Translations under genes and position numbers: made by a program
Shown: in pieces, positions 35,988 through 50,103 of the stretch
Position numbering within the stretch: position 1 is the stretch's first letter
Layout of the letters: each line of letters begins with the position of its first letter
Assembly: GCA_965112735.1 (NCBI GenBank)
Contig: OZ218963.1
Span: 1,116,001 to 1,180,000 of the forward strand
DNA length: 64,000 nt
Direction of reading: 5' to 3'
DNA from: Phaeosaccion multiseriatum
Taxonomy: Eukaryota; Protista; Ochrophyta, other classes
Notes under the pieces: model-generated
What the model was told of the DNA's origin: nothing
Seen by the model: only the letters and a program-made list of their open reading frames with translations
Database searches by the model: none

Positions 35988-37478
35988 CTACGATTGCTCA
36001 ATCTCCGCGGCCGCTGGTGGCTCTGCACCGCTTGCAGCGCTGTCTTCTGTCTCCGCTGCTGCTGCTGCTGCTTCTGATGGTGCTGCTGCTGCGGTATCGG
36101 CCTCCGCCTCCCCTCCTTTCGCTTCGGCTTGCTTGGCGTTGGCCTCCTCCTTCTTGGCCCAGTAATCATCCATCTCCTTATCCATCCTTACGTTCTTGGG
36201 GTTCGGGCCCTTGCCAGCCTTGAACCAGTAGCTGAGAGAGAGAGAGAGAGAGCGCACACAGGCAAGAGGGATGGGCCAAACCACCGGCAGGGAGGGGGAT
36301 GTGTGAGTCAAAGGGAGGCAACTGCGCATTGCAACTCACGAGCCGAAAGGAACATTTCGGGCAGCCCTGGCAGGGATGGAGCCACGAAGAACGAAGATGC
36401 TCGGGGCATTCGTTTTCACTTTCTTCGAGAGGGACAGAGCTCGTTCGCTTCTTTGCAAATAAACGAAAGGTTGCACTCACTCGTCAAGGTCCATGTCAAG
36501 ATCTTCCGGTTTTGGCTGCTCCACCTTGCCCCCTCCCTTCTTCTTCACGGCCGTAGCCTGCTCCTGCTGCTTCTGGCCCTGCTTCTGACCCTGCTTCTGA
36601 CCCTGCTTCTGGCCCTGCTTCTGACCCTGCTTCTGGCCCTGGCCCTTACCCTTGCCCCCCGCGCCCGCCTTTGCCGCCTTCGGCCCCAGCTTCACCGCGG
36701 CCTTGCTGGCCTTCATCACCGCTTGCTTTTGCTTCGCCTGCTTTCCCTGTTTGGTGGCCGGCACCGTTGCCGACGGAGCCCGGACCGCACCTCCTCCTGC
36801 CTTTCCCCGCTTGCTCTGCTTGTTGCTGGGGCCCTTTTTGGCCGCGGTGGCGGAGACCTGATTAGCCCTTGCGATTGCTGCCTTGCGCACTGCATCCCTG
36901 CTTCCTCCGCCCCTGGGAAGGCAAGGAACAGTGATGTGGCGAGCGAGGGGGGTAGGGAGTCAGGGTCAGCAACGAAATACTCCACCCACCCCCCCAGAAA
37001 GTAGTCTGTGCTGTGGATTCAATGCGTTATCCTTACCGCTTCGTCTGAACTGCAGCCGATCGCGCGGCCTTGGCCTTCTGATTGACTACATTCTTCACTG
37101 TATTTCGCCCTGCGGATAATGTGGGGGGCCGGAGCAGGGCGCACGGGAGTCACGGAACGGACGGTAAGGTGCTCGGACGTCGGTGGCGGGGGCCGACAAA
37201 GACGTGTCAGCACAGAGCGGTGGACAGAGCTTGGCAAACGACTGGTGTAAACCGTTCTCAGGGCGAACTGGTCAAGGTGAAGAATGTGGCTGCGCCACAG
37301 GTGGGTACCCTCTCTTTCTCTCTCTCTCTCTCGTTCTCGCCGTACCTTCCGCCCTCCCACCTCCTCCTCCTCCTCCTCCTCCTCCACCGCCGCCGCCGCC
37401 GGCTCTCCCCCCTCCCTGGGTGTTCAGTCGAGGGCTCTTGGCCAGCTTGGCGAATCGGGTGGAAAGCGAAGCCGTCAT
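35988..37478 (-). CDS. CHTOP/Friend-of-PRMT1-like RNA export adaptor
   Basis: N-terminal SLSTRF and G/K/Q-rich middle. C-terminal duplicated motif EDLDMDLDE|YW...RMDKEMDDYW (FoP duplication). Confidence 0.7.
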
Positions 37479-37576
37479 TGCTTTTTGTTATTCAAAGATC
37501 TTGAAGGGGGAGAAGGGAAAGGGGCACCATTTGTGAAACTGAACGTAGTACAACATGTACACTAGACACTCTCCGA

Positions 37577-39147
37577 ATGCTGCACGAATTCCTGCAGAGG
37601 CGACGCGGCCCTGTCCCCTATGGAAGAGCTGGGCGGCAGAGGCAGCAGCAGCAGCAGCAGCAGCAGCAGATCTATCACCAACAACCCGTCCCACGGAGCT
37701 GGCTTCCTCAGCACGGTAGCCAACACTCGCAGCAGCGGCGCACTCGGAGGGGCCTTCTCCATCCCTTGACATGCTACCGATGGCTTCGGCAGCGAACATT
37801 TTTGGAGATTGTGGGACTCACGCTCTCTTTTTGGCTGGGAAGCTGGGTGATACGACTGCGATCGGGTAGGTCATGAGGAGCAGAGCCCTGAGTTGGGAGA
37901 ACGCCTCCGTTTTTTTCTGGGTGTGTGCCCCCCCCTCTCGGGGCGCTGCTCTCTCTTCTCCTGGGTGTGTGGCAGCCCACTCACATGACCGTGCCGCTTA
38001 GGGCCCCTTCTGATCCTGGACGCCTCCAATCTCATCTGTCCTTCCCGCTCTCCGTTCTCCTTTCCCCCCCCCCTCCCCTCCCCACAGGAGGTGCTGCCTC
38101 ATGCGGCACCGTCCTCAATCCAGTGACTGGTGAGGCGCAGCGAAAGAGTGCTACTCATGAGCGCAGAGTGGACCTTCTTCCATTCACGCCGTATCCGATA
38201 GGTGCGTCAAGGATGGTGAGAACGGTATTGGAGGGGGGGCAGGACGCCGAGAGGAATGGGTCATATGGCTGAGCGGTCAGGGCTCCCTTTGCTTCCGTTC
38301 CTTGTGCTGCTTCCTCACTCCCGTTCTCATGGGCTTGGGAGCAGTAACCCCTCTGCGCTCTTTGACTCTGAAACTGAAACTGCAGAATCAGGGGAGGCGC
38401 TCCGCCGTATTGAGGCGCTGCAGGCATCCGCACCCCGGGCACCGAAGGGGGTGTCACCAGCCACGGTGGGGCGGCGAACTCAATACAGGTAGCGGCTGCT
38501 CATCTGGGGCAGCAAGTCCACTTGTCGAGATGGTGTTCCTCTGAGTAGCTGTTTCTTTCGACTGCACGGGACCCCACCCCAGGACGACGCGGGCGTCATG
38601 CCTGTCAGAACTTGGACTCCTCTCTTCCCTTTTGCTTCCATCCTGTCGATCGGTGGGGGCTGATCCCCTCTCTCTCCCCCACACTGTTCCATTCCCACCC
38701 TCCCCACCTCTCGTCTGCTTGCTTGCGTACCTTCCTCTTCGTAGGGCGATACGAGAGTGGAACCGCGCCTCGAGGGAGGCACAAGAAAAAGGGCAAACTG
38801 GAGGGCAAACTGGAGGGCAAAGTGGCCTGTCCTCCCACGCACCGGCTCTCCGTGTCATCATCCAGGCCGCTGATGCCTCCCCTTCCAGTGCAGGACTGCT
38901 GGCGGGGCAAATTGCCGTCGTGCTGGACACATGGGGCAGCCAGCTTGAGGCCCTCACCGTGCACGTGTGCGAAGGGGCGGAGGACCTGAAACTGCGTCTG
39001 CTGGCAGAGCTGAGGAGGCTCGCAGACCAGGAGGTGGGGGCACGACATTTGGCGGGGGCAGAGGGAGACGGTGGTGAAGTGGGTGGGGCCGATGAGGTGG
39101 GCAACGATGCCACGAAGGACAGTGACGTCGGAGGAAGCAGGGAGGGG

Positions 39148-39182
<35 letters not shown>

Positions 39183-40160
39183 GCCGCCGCGAGAGATGGG
39201 GGCGAAGGCCAGGTTTGTCGCCGATGACGTTTCTCTGGATAACGGCCTGATGGCGAGTACTGCGGAGGCGCTGAGGAAGTGGATGAAGGAGGCGGGTGGG
39301 CTTGAGAAGGCCTTCTCAGTCCTCTCTCAGGCTGGGGAGTGCTCAAGTCAGAGACTGCGGGGGCCGTGTCGAGGTGAGTGAGCATACCGCCCCCAGTCGT
39401 TAAACTGTACGCAAGAGGGGGGGGGCAGCGGGAGGGGAGATTCACAGACTGCTCTTTTCCTCCGCTCGATTCGCGCCTTGTTTTTCTTTTCTTTTCTATG
39501 GCATACCCACCTCACCTCCACCACTGGTCCATCGCATTCGTTTCTCTCCCATGCGGCGGGCATTGCTCACCCCCCCCCCTCCCAGGAGTGGCAGCAGTAG
39601 CCGCAGACGGAGACGAGGCGACGGGCGCTTCTCTCAGAGGCCCCTGTTACCTTCTGCTCCTCGAGGAGGGGGTGGTGCCTTCACGGTCTTCGCTGGCGGG
39701 GCTGAGGGCAATGTTCCGCCTCGGAGTCGACAATGACAAGGACGGACATCCTCACCCGACAACAGGTGTGTGTGTGTGTGTGTGTGTGTGGTGTATGTAT
39801 GAGTGTGTGGTGTGTGTGTGTGTGTGTGTGGTGTGTGTGTGTGTGTGTGGTGTGTATGTATGTGTGAGTGTGTGGTGTGTGTGTGTATGTATGTATGAGT
39901 GTGTGTGTATGTGTGTGTGTATGTGTGTATGTGTGTGTATATGTATGTATGAGTGTCTGTGTGTGTATGTGTGTGTATGTGTGTGTGTATATGTATGTAT
40001 GAGTGTGTGTGTGTGTGTGTGTGTGGTGTGTGTGTGTGTATGTGTGTCCTGCCTGAGAGACATCATCATGCGAGCGCTCCCCAAGCATCCCAGTGGCCCT
40101 GCTGCCCCTGATGTGCAGCAGTGATGTGCTGCACTGCACGGTGCTGACTAGGCTCGGGCT

Positions 40161-40216
<56 letters not shown>

Positions 40217-43200
40217 CGTGTGTGTGTGTGTGTGTGCGTGTGCGTGTCTCAGGTGGCGCGGTTATCGGAGGCAGGGCGTTCGACTCCCTGGAGGGCCTAC
40301 CTGTTAGCACGGTGCGTCGATTTGTCGATTTGTGGAGTTTCGCTTCCTCATTGAGTAATTGCTCCTTCGTCTCTGTTGCTGGCGACGCCCACGTGGCGAC
40401 CTCTCCCGTCCCTTCTTCCTTCTTTATGGCTGTCCCTGCCGTCCGTTCTTTTTGGCTGTCCCTGCCGTCCCTTCTACATGGATGGCCGCGCAGTGACCGA
40501 CCGCACCGCCCACAGCACACAAGCACCCTCTCACCATCCCATCCAACACGCGTCGTCGTCGTGTCACTCCCCCCCCTGCTCTCAACTACCCCATCCATAT
40601 ACATATATATACATGTATATATTGTAAGCCCTCCTTTGAGGAAGGTTTTCGAGAAGTGGACGCCGTCGGAGGTCTCTATTTTGGCCCACGTGCGGAGCTG
40701 CGGGAGGGCTGTGCCGCCGTTTCGGCTGTTTCGGCACTGGCCGGGAGGATGAGCAGCAGAGACGGAGGAGGAGGTGGAGACGGAGGTGGAGACGGAGGTG
40801 CCAGTCACAGTCACAGTCACAGCTTGGCCCTGAGTTACGTGATGAGGGCAACCATGGGCGTTCACTCCTACCTGCCGCCGTTCATGGTGGGTGTGCGTGT
40901 GTGTGTGTGTGTGTGTGAACACTCTGCGCGAATACTGTGGGCGAGATGCCCAAGGAGGGGGGGGGGGGGCTGAAACTGCATTCTGCGCAAGAGACATTTT
41001 TCGGCACCAAAAGAATCAGGATCGGCTCATTAGCGTTAGCCCGTCGTACTTTACTCTTACCGCTCTCTCTTGGTCGGCGTCGCCACCCCTGAAGTACATG
41101 CGTACGTACTCTTTATTCGCACCCCCGCACACGCACCTTTGCTTCTCCTTCCACCCCTCCTTCCACCCCTCCTTCCACCCCTCCTTCCACCCCTCCTTCC
41201 ACCCCTCCTACCGGGCTTTGTGTGACGGCGGACCAAAGCATTTGGTGGGGGACGGCGGTACTGACCCCCCCGGGGCCCGGGCCCCAGCCGAGAGCCTCCG
41301 ATGGCTTGCGAATGCCCCCGCAGCACGGAGATGCATGGAGCCGAGCGGGCTCGAAACGGTCCTCTTGTTGGTGCGGCCGACAGACAGAGGCGCCGCAAAT
41401 GTGCAGGTGCGCGCAAGGGTGGAGGGTCTATCTACCCTGCGCCCCTACTTTGTTGGGCCTCTTTGTTGGGCCTCTGTGTTGGGCACAAGCAGTGGGATGA
41501 GACTGTTGCTTAGTCGTCGCGATGGCCCCGTTAGTGTTGTACTTCCTTGTGACCAAGTGCCCCACCTCCACCTTGTCACCCTGTCCTTCATTCCTTACGT
41601 AACCCCTCATCAAATGGGCCGGACAGTCGCTGTTTACAGCCTTCGAGGAGGGAGACACGTACTTTCCTGTCCTTGTCCTGGACCTTTCGGGGAGCGGTTC
41701 AAAGGTGGGTCAATCACGCCTCCTCTGTGTGTGTGTTTTGTTTCAGTTTCAGTTTCAGCATACTGAACTCGAACATCGAAAATCGATGTCGATACTGGCT
41801 CGGCTGTGCTGCTCACCCCCGTGGAGCCCCTTGGCTCCTTCTCCTTCCCCTCTTGGCGCTTCCATTTCTTCATCTTTTGTATGTATGGCCGAATCTCCCC
41901 CCCCCCCCATCCCTCACCCCTCACCCCCGCCACCCCCCCCCCGTTTACCCTCCCTCCCCCGGCGCAATTCCTTTCCGAAGGAGCTTGCACCTGTACAGAG
42001 AATGGGCACGCCTCAGCCTCAACAAGAGCCTCAACAAGAGCCTCAACAAGAGCCTCAACAAGAGCCTCAACAAGAGCCTCAACAAGACGGACTCGTGAGT
42101 GCTTTCTGTCCTATCCCACCAAAAGACAAAGCGAGCGCACCGGCCCTTGCCTTTGTCTCTATCTGGGTCTGTGTCTGTCAGTCCCACCCTTGCCCTCCTA
42201 CTGAGTCATGTGACCACGGAAACCATTCCAACCATCCCAGAGGTCCCCAACACTGCTCTGCTCTATCTGTCTGTATGCGTATGATGTTGTGTTGGCTCCA
42301 AGTTGAGACCTCCGTCGAGTTGGAGATGAGATGGTTTTCGACGGACACGCAGCGAGAGGGAGAGAGAGAGGGAGGGTGAGAGATGGGGAGGGAGAGAAAT
42401 ACACAGACAGAGAGAGTGAAGGAGAGCAGAGAGAGAGAGAGGGGGGAGGAGAGCAGGGAGAGATTGAGAGAGAAAGAGTGTATGGGAGAGAGGGAGAGAT
42501 TGAGAGAGAAAGAGTGTATGGGAGAGAGGGAGAGATTGAGAGAAAGAGTGTATGGGAGAGAGGGAGAGGAGGGGCTTCTGCGCTCTTGTTGGACCTGCGC
42601 TTACCGCCACCCACCATGTCTCCTCTGTCCCTCTGCTCTGTCCCTCTGCTCCCCCACCCCCCTCTGTCCCTCTGCTCCCCCACCCCCCTCTGTCCCTCTG
42701 CTCTGTCCCTCTGCTCCCCCACCCCCCTTTTGTCCTCTTATCCTGTCCCTGCCCCCGCCCCCCTTGCCACCCTTCTCTCTCGTAGGCTCACTTCGGAGTA
42801 GTGTGGGAGGATTCGGCAGCACCTGTGCTCCCTCCCTGCGGAGTCGAAGTGGCCTCCAACACAGCGCAGCTCGCTACCCTCGCCGCTCGTCTCTCTGCCG
42901 TCTCTATCATCGTTACAACTCGTAGCAACGGCCACGACCAGCGCCAGCAACAGCAACCGCACAGAGAGCGCAAGGGCAAGGAAGAAGAAGAGGAGGAGGA
43001 GGAGGAGGAGGAGAAGGAGGACAAGGATGAGGACGAGGACGAGGACGAGGAGGAAACGCCCCTGTCCATGGGGGTGGAATCGGTGGCGCGTCTCCTCTCG
43101 AAGAAGGTCAGTGGTCAGTGCGGCTCGAGCAAAGGCCGTGGCTTCCTTCTCTTTGTGTCCTCCCTCCCCTTTCCTTTGTATCGCTTGTCGTCTCCTAACG

Positions 43201-44767
43201 CTCTCGATGGCTCCTCGCCTAACGCGACCCGCCCTCCTGCCCGCCCGCCCACCCCCCTTCGTCCGTCCGTGTGCTTTCCGTGTGCTTCTACCCGACGCAG
43301 CATCAGCTGAGCGTGTCCGTCATCGACCTCAGTCCTCAACACCTGCAGCACGCAGACTGGATCGCGGCCCTCCGTCCCGTGGCCCTGGCGAGCTACAACC
43401 TGCCATCTGTGAGCGTGTCCGTCATTACCAACCGCCGACCCGCGTCCCTGCAGCGGCTGCTGCGGTCGCTGATGGCCTCTTTTTCGTTCGGCAAAAGCGT
43501 GTCTGTAGACCTGTACTTGGAGGCGACGGCAGACGACACCACACGGAGGCATGCAGAGGCCTTCGCAACGGCGTGGATGGCACCAAACGGGATGGCACCA
43601 AACGGGATGGCGACAGGAGCAGCAGCAGAGACGGCTCCGTATACGGCCGACGGGGGTGTGAGGTACGGAGGGGTGCGTCTTTACCTTCACTGCACTGACC
43701 AGCGATGAGCCCCTTGAGGGGAGGGCCCCTTGAGCGGGGGGGGGAGAGAGGATGGATGGTCAGGAGTCTCAGAAACGAGACTGATACGTAAGTATCACGT
43801 GTACCAATTCTCTCCGTGTCCTCTCTCTCTCCCTCGCGCGGTCTCTCTCTCTCTTCCTCCCCCCCTCTATCTCTATCTCTATCTTCTCTCCCTTCCTCCC
43901 TCCCTCCCTCTACATGTCTGCCCCCACCCCTCCTCTTGCGATGAGAAGACGGGATGGCAGTAGAGGAGAGGCCCAGATCCACTTGCGAGTCCTCAAGGGG
44001 GGGCTCATCCGGGCCGTGACCGAGAGTTACTACCCCCGTAACCGCCACCACTTCGGGCTGCTCTTAGAGGATGATGTTGAGCTTTCCCCGCACTGGCTCG
44101 GCTGGGCACTGCTTGCCACCCTTACGTATCAGTACGGAGAGGCCGCTGACTTCGTGGAGGGTCTCTACGGGGTCAGTCTGTACACACCACGGTGAGTGTG
44201 TTTGGGGGGGGGGGGGTGCCCATTCAATGAGACGAGCAGAGTAGAGCCGAGCAGAGTCGAGTCGAGTGCTTCTCAACTCTCACTCTTGCTCCCACCACCG
44301 TGGTCCCCCGCTGTGGTCATGTGTGGGCCCTGCTGCATGCCCCCCAGTGTGAACGAAATCGCTCCCCAGCGCTACCGCTACGACAGCAACGTCAAGATGA
44401 GCGTCCCCGTGCCAGGGCCAAAGCCAGACAAGGACAAGGAGAAGGACAAGGAGAAGGACAAGGACAAGGTGGCCTCGCCCTATCTCCACCAGACATTGTG
44501 CTCGTGGGGGGCCCTGTACTTCCCGGAGGCATGGGCAGAGTACAGGGTGAGTGAACGGCTGTGAGTGAGTGAACGGCTGTGAAAGAGTGAACGGCTGTGA
44601 GAGATTGAACGGCTGTGAGTGAGTGAACAGCTGTGAGAGAGAAGAGCTCTTGGGGGCACATTTAGAGGTCTGTGTCTGTCGAGGTCAGTCTTTGAGTCAT
44701 TCTCTCTCCGAGACCGCTCCGTCCCCCTTGACCGGCCCTCGTTTTGCGCCCTCTCGCTCGCCCTCTG

Positions 44768-44865
<98 letters not shown>

Positions 44866-46164
44866 GCATATCTGTCCGCTCGACTCCAGGAGCCACACGT
44901 GTCCGCTCACATCCCTCTCGCCAAAACCAATTCATGGAAGACGTCGTGGAAGAAGTGAGTGAGAGAGAAAAAGAGAGAGAAGAGAGAGAAGGAGAGATAG
45001 AGACGAAGAGAGAGAAGGAGAGAGAGAGGCGGGGGAATACAGAGTGCACGAATCGAGGAGGCTCGGAGGCAAAGAAGGGCAAATGGAGGCCTCGCTAAAC
45101 AAGCACCGACCGATCCGAGGGCGACTCAACTTTGTGCCCATACCCCTTTTGTACTCGTACCCATACGCTTGTTTATGGACCATTGACAGGTACTTCCTCG
45201 AGATGGTGTACCAGGAGCCCAAGTTCATGCTGTACCCCAACTACAGAAACCAAACGTCCCTCGCCACCAATTGGCTGGAGCCGGGCGAGCACATCGGTGG
45301 GTACTCTCACATGTGCGCTGCGTGTGTGTGTGCGTGTGCGTGTGCGTGTGTATATGTGTGTGCGTGTGCGACTCTGTCCTCTTTTCTTCTTCGCCGTCTT
45401 CCTTCTTCCACAAGGGAGAGAATTCAAATTGACTTATTCGAACGTATCGTTCGAACGGGTGTTGCACTTCCCTCTCCTTGAAGACAGCACCTCTCCAACC
45501 TTCCTGCACCTCTCCCTTTTTCCTGCGTGTTCGTTCGTCTGAACTCGCTTCAGTGGCCCAGAGCACGGGGCAGCAGCAGCAGCAGGAGCAGCAAGGGGGG
45601 GAAAGGGGGGGGCGGAAGGAAGGAAGGAAAGAGGCCAAACAGAGGGAGAGGGGCGACGCAAGGCACTTACCGAAAGACTACACCGTGCCCCTGCTCACTG
45701 AAGGTACAGAAGGACGGACGGAGGGAGGGACGGAGGGAGAGAAGGAGGGACGATGGATGAAGGAAGTGTATGTATGGATGCCGGGTGCAACCCACAGATC
45801 CCTTCGGCTTCTTGTAGGACCGCGGCAGTTACTTTTCTGCTTGCTTCACGTTGTCACGTGCAATACTCATCTGTGTCTTTTCTGTAACTCCTCAGCGGAG
45901 AGCATCCTACAGGGCCTGCCGATGGGCCGTCTCCCGCCCCCCTCCGCTCTCCCTCGTCTGGACGTGCTGGATCTCCCCGTACCCCCTCGAGGAGGAGGAG
46001 GGGAAGGAAGAGAAGGAGAAGGAGGAGGAGGGGAAGGAAGAGAAGGAGAAGGAGGAGGGCAGTCTGTTGAAGAGCGCTTGGCTCGGGCCGTGGAGCAAGG
46101 GGCGCCGGGCTTTGTGCACCTCATGGACGAGCGGAAGAGCTTCTGGCAGAGGCTGTGGCCGTGA
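37577..46164 (+). CDS. Type II membrane GT-A (GT2-like) glycosyltransferase resembling plant At5g60700-type proteins
   Basis: N-terminal TM. Motifs ITNRRPASLQRLLRSL, GGLIRAVTESYYP, GLLLEDDVELSP, GVSLYTPR, PYLHQTLCSWGALYFP, TNSWKTSWKK and LYPNYRNQTSLATNWLEPGEHI. N-terminal exon structure is uncertain. Confidence 0.75.
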
Positions 46165-47865
46165 AGGGATGCATGGATGAGTGGCACCCCATGGCTGTGA
46201 ATGGATCGAGGGCATCCTGTGACCGGCCCTGATTTGGCCTCCCTTGCTTTGCTTTGCCTCGACAAGTATTACTTGTCCGGCGCAGTGAGCGGACCACAGC
46301 TGCTGCATAAGCGACGAGCCTGCCGCACCTGCCTGACGAGAGCAAAAGTCGTCAAGGTGAAGTCCTGCCACCGCCAGAGGACGGATAAGGGAGGAGAGAG
46401 GAGGGAGGAGGGAGCCCCTCCACAGGTGTGTACCCAGGGGTGGTCATGTACCCAGGGGTGGTCATGTACCCAGGGGTGGTCATGTACCCAGGGGTGGTCA
46501 CCATGTCACTGCGCGGCTCCGATATCCCCCACGGCAGATGGCAGCAGATGGCAGCAGATGGCAGCAGATGGCACTGCACTGCGACGCATTGGGCAAATCG
46601 ATGGTTCTGAAACGTGAGCTGAGGGCTGAGGGAGAGGAGGGAGAGAAAGGTAAGTCATTAGCCATCAGTCGCAAAGGCACAGAGAGCGGCAAGCGGCGGG
46701 GTGTACAGCAGCCACCACCACCACCGCATCTTCTTTAGAGGGAGCTGAGCACCTTGAAGGGGACGTTGCTTGTTGTGCCCCTCCGTCCTTCTTTCTCGCT
46801 GCGCGTGCGTGCTGTGTGTGCGTGCGTGTGTGCGCGTTTCTATCGCATTTCTATGTACGCCCTCCAATCCAGCACCCCTCCTTTCCCCTCCTCTCTATTG
46901 ATTGCTGCTGCCCCCCCCTCAACGCAGCTGCTGAATAAGCCTCTGAGGCCTCTGAGTGCGCTCCACCACCTCGCCATCGACCTGCCCGCCTACCTGACCG
47001 TTCGTCCCAGCAGCAACGACGCCGCCGTCCATTTTTTTAAAACTGAAACTGCTTGGCTTGCTTCACTGACTTGCTTCCGGCTGAGCCAGTTGTGCTTGAG
47101 CCTGGGCTGGTGTGCAGGGGGGGGTGTGCGTGGTGAAGGAGGCGCCTCCACCATCGACGGAGAATTGACCAGCAGCAGGAGGGTGTCCCCGTTGCTGCTA
47201 CAGCTGTGTGCAACAGAGCACACCGGGGCTCCGGGGGAGGCAACAACGCCCTTCTCTCCATGCGTACCACCAACTGCCGTACCCGCTGCCCCCGGGATCG
47301 AGAGATGCTTAACGTACAAGCTCACAGTGGCGAGGATGAAAAAGTGGGCATACACAAAGACCTGTGAGCCCTGCACTCTCACATGGATGCGCGGATCGAT
47401 GTTGGATCACGGGATTATTTTTTTAATGAACTCAACTGAACATGGATACGCCAATCGGGCAAGGACGAGCAGTGTCTGTAGTCTCTGGGTGAGTACGAGA
47501 ACGAGCGTTTCATGCGTTTCATATGGTTGTGAGAAGCGACAGCTCCACCCCCAGGCCTTCGTTTCGGCACTTGGCTCTCTCTATCTGAGGGAGGACACAG
47601 AAGGAAAAGATGGAATTGTTGAATCAATCTTCGGGTATCGTATGTATTTATAATGGAAAGAAGATGTCCACCCTAACAAAAAAATAAAGAGAGAGAGAGA
47701 GGGAGACATGGCACTTGAAGGTCCGGACACGCCTCCTTGTCAAGGTAGGTGTACACCGCCCTTTGTACAGCATCATCGCCCAAAGGTTGCTGCTGCTCCT
47801 GCTGCTCACAAGAATGAGACTTAAGAAGAAGCGTGAGCGACAGCGCTGTTGTTGGTGCTTTCGCT

Positions 47866-49339
47866 TCACTCGACCCCCGCCTGGCCGTCCCCGGTGGGAG
47901 CGGGGGGCACGCTGTCTGAGTCCACGCTCCACTTCAGGACAACAGTGTTGTCCTCGGTGGTGTCGACCATGAGACAGACAGGCTGCGTGGGGAGCACCAC
48001 GCCCACGGCGCGGAGGCTGAGCGTCGCGGCTTGCACTACGCAGGTGGTGAAGAAGGAGGTGTCGTAGTAGCCTTTGGGCGACAAGAACACGAAGGACTGG
48101 ACCTGCGGGGTGAGAGGGGGGGGGGGTGACAGCGATGTCGAGTTCGGAGCGACGGGAAGAGATGTGTGTAAGGAGCCCTGAGAGAAGCCCTGACTGCAGC
48201 GAGTTTTGCCTCCCCAGACAGTATGATATCAGCCACAGGCCCCCCTTTCCCGCTTTGCAGGACAGCGCCCATGCATTGCAGGACGAGAGATGGAAACGAG
48301 GTGCTTACCGTGACAAAGTCGCCAGGGTCTTGGCCCGTCGTTGTGAGCCCGATCATGCACACAATCTTGACATGCGGCCCATTGAATGCCATCCTCGCCA
48401 TGTCCGTTGGAATGGCATCGCGCAAGGCGGGCTCCTCCGCCACGGCGGGAACTATCGCAGCGGCTGCGAGCAACAGAGAACCTGGCGCCGCCACCGAAGC
48501 TTCTCCGAGGGACGCGGCCGAAGCGTCTTCCGCATTGGCCGGGGGAAGGCCACTTGCCGCTGCGCCTTCGGCCTCTTCTGCTGCCGGAACCTTTAGCATG
48601 AGGTTGGCTCTCTCGCTGCTAAGGACCAGTCGCGCTGTTGGGGGAAGGGGCGGGTGACGGCAGCGGATCGTGTGAGGCACAGAGCGGTGCCAGTGGCGCT
48701 GCGAATGAAGGAGTTTATCGGGGACAGTTGCTCGGCTCACCGTTTTCACTGTAGTACTCGCTCAGCGTGCCAGCGGGGACTCCACATCGAGACCTTATGA
48801 ACAGCTCAGTCCTCCACGAGCTTCTCCAAGTCAAAGGCTCTGCCTCGGGTAGTTCTCCGAAACTGTTCACCCACAAGCGTTTCCAGAGCAGGTGGTTGGG
48901 GTCGCTCAACCACGCCTGCACGATCAACGGGGGAGGAGAGCCAAACACCCAAGAGCGGTGAGATGTAGCGAAGGCGCCAGCAAGGAGTGGGAGGAAGGCA
49001 GAGAAGACAGAGAGGGAAAAGGAGAAGAGGGGAGGTGGGGAAGAGGATAGCTCTTTCTTTATTTCACCCTTCCCTCACCTTGCACGTCTGGTTCACTGCC
49101 CAGAGGCTGTCCATGTCCAAGAGGGATACGACTTGTGCCCACAATTCCCCGGGCACATCGCCCCAGCAGGGCTTTGCGTCCGAACGGGGCTGCTTTTGGT
49201 TGCTGCGGCAGCTCGTCCGCTGTTTTCTGCGGCTGGGGTCTCTCCTCCTGCTGCTGCCGCTGCTGCTGCTGCTGCTGCTGCTGCTACTGCTCCTCCTCTT
49301 GCTGCTCCTCCTCTTGCTGCTGCTCCTGGTGGCGGCCAT
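47866..49339 (-). CDS. Putative F-box-like protein
   Basis: WGDVPGELWAQVVSLLDMDSLWAVNQTCK, then ...DPNHLLWKRLW, fits the F-box pattern; 3' end uncertain. Confidence 0.55.
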
Positions 49340-49532
49340 GGTGAATATGGCTTGCTGTTGATCGTCTGATTACCAGTTGTTGTGCATAAAAGAGAGAGAG
49401 AGAGAGAAGTTGAAGATACAACAGCCATGGCGGCCGTTATTACCACCCCTAAATAATAATAAAAAAAAAAAATAACTGTGTCAAGCGAGCAGCACCCCTA
49501 AATAATAATAATGTCTTTTGTGTCAAGGGGTA

Positions 49533-49733
49533 CTCGCGGTTGAGTATCGTTGAGTGCACTTTTGACGCCCCCCTGATTTTTTTGGGACACCAAATGACGA
49601 TTACTTTGACGACGTTTGTTGACGATATTGAAACTTAAAACTTAAGGCTGGCTTTTAAGCCCCTCTTTTCTACCCACTTTAAAGCCCTATTTGACGCACT
49701 TTGACGCCCTTTGACGCCCTTTTATCTTAATTG
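49533..49733. mobile_element. Degenerate single-arm relative of the 4269-5177 foldback element
   Basis: Shares tcgcggttgagt, cactttt, caaatgacga, cctatttgacgc and ctttgacgcccttttatcttaatt in the same order. Confidence 0.7.
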
Positions 49734-49929
49734 CGAGACCCAGATAGACACTAAAACCCGCATGGCCCTTACTTTTCGGGGTTTCATTCTGCAGGGCCGT
49801 AGAACTGAACTTGATGGAGGTTGGAGGAGGTCTGACGAGGGCAACAACATGCGCATGTTCAAACTCGCTAAAACAGTAGTTTAGGGTGGAAGGGGGGGGG
49901 GGGGGGTCGTTTGGGTGTCTGTAAAACCC

Positions 49930-50103
49930 ACGTGATTCTGAGGGAGGCGTGATTCGTGCTTCTCGGCGGTGCGCCTAAGAAATAAGGCAATGAATGACGT
50001 CAGTGCGTAGTAATAAGTCAAGGAAACGTCGAATGCGTGATTCGTGATTCTGTGCACCGCTACAGGCATTATTCGTGCTTCTCGTCCTCACGTCAGGGGT
50101 CGA
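49930..50103. mobile_element. Partial TCGRCCCC-family element (CGTGATT subtype), right end
   Basis: Ends ...CACGTCAGGGGTCGA, with internal cgtgattc / attcgtg repeats. Confidence 0.55.

Noticed and set aside
46590-47850. Plus-strand gene around the 299-aa ORF 46754-47653
   Set aside because: Some splice-like signals are present, but I could not build a recognisable domain or a coherent model.
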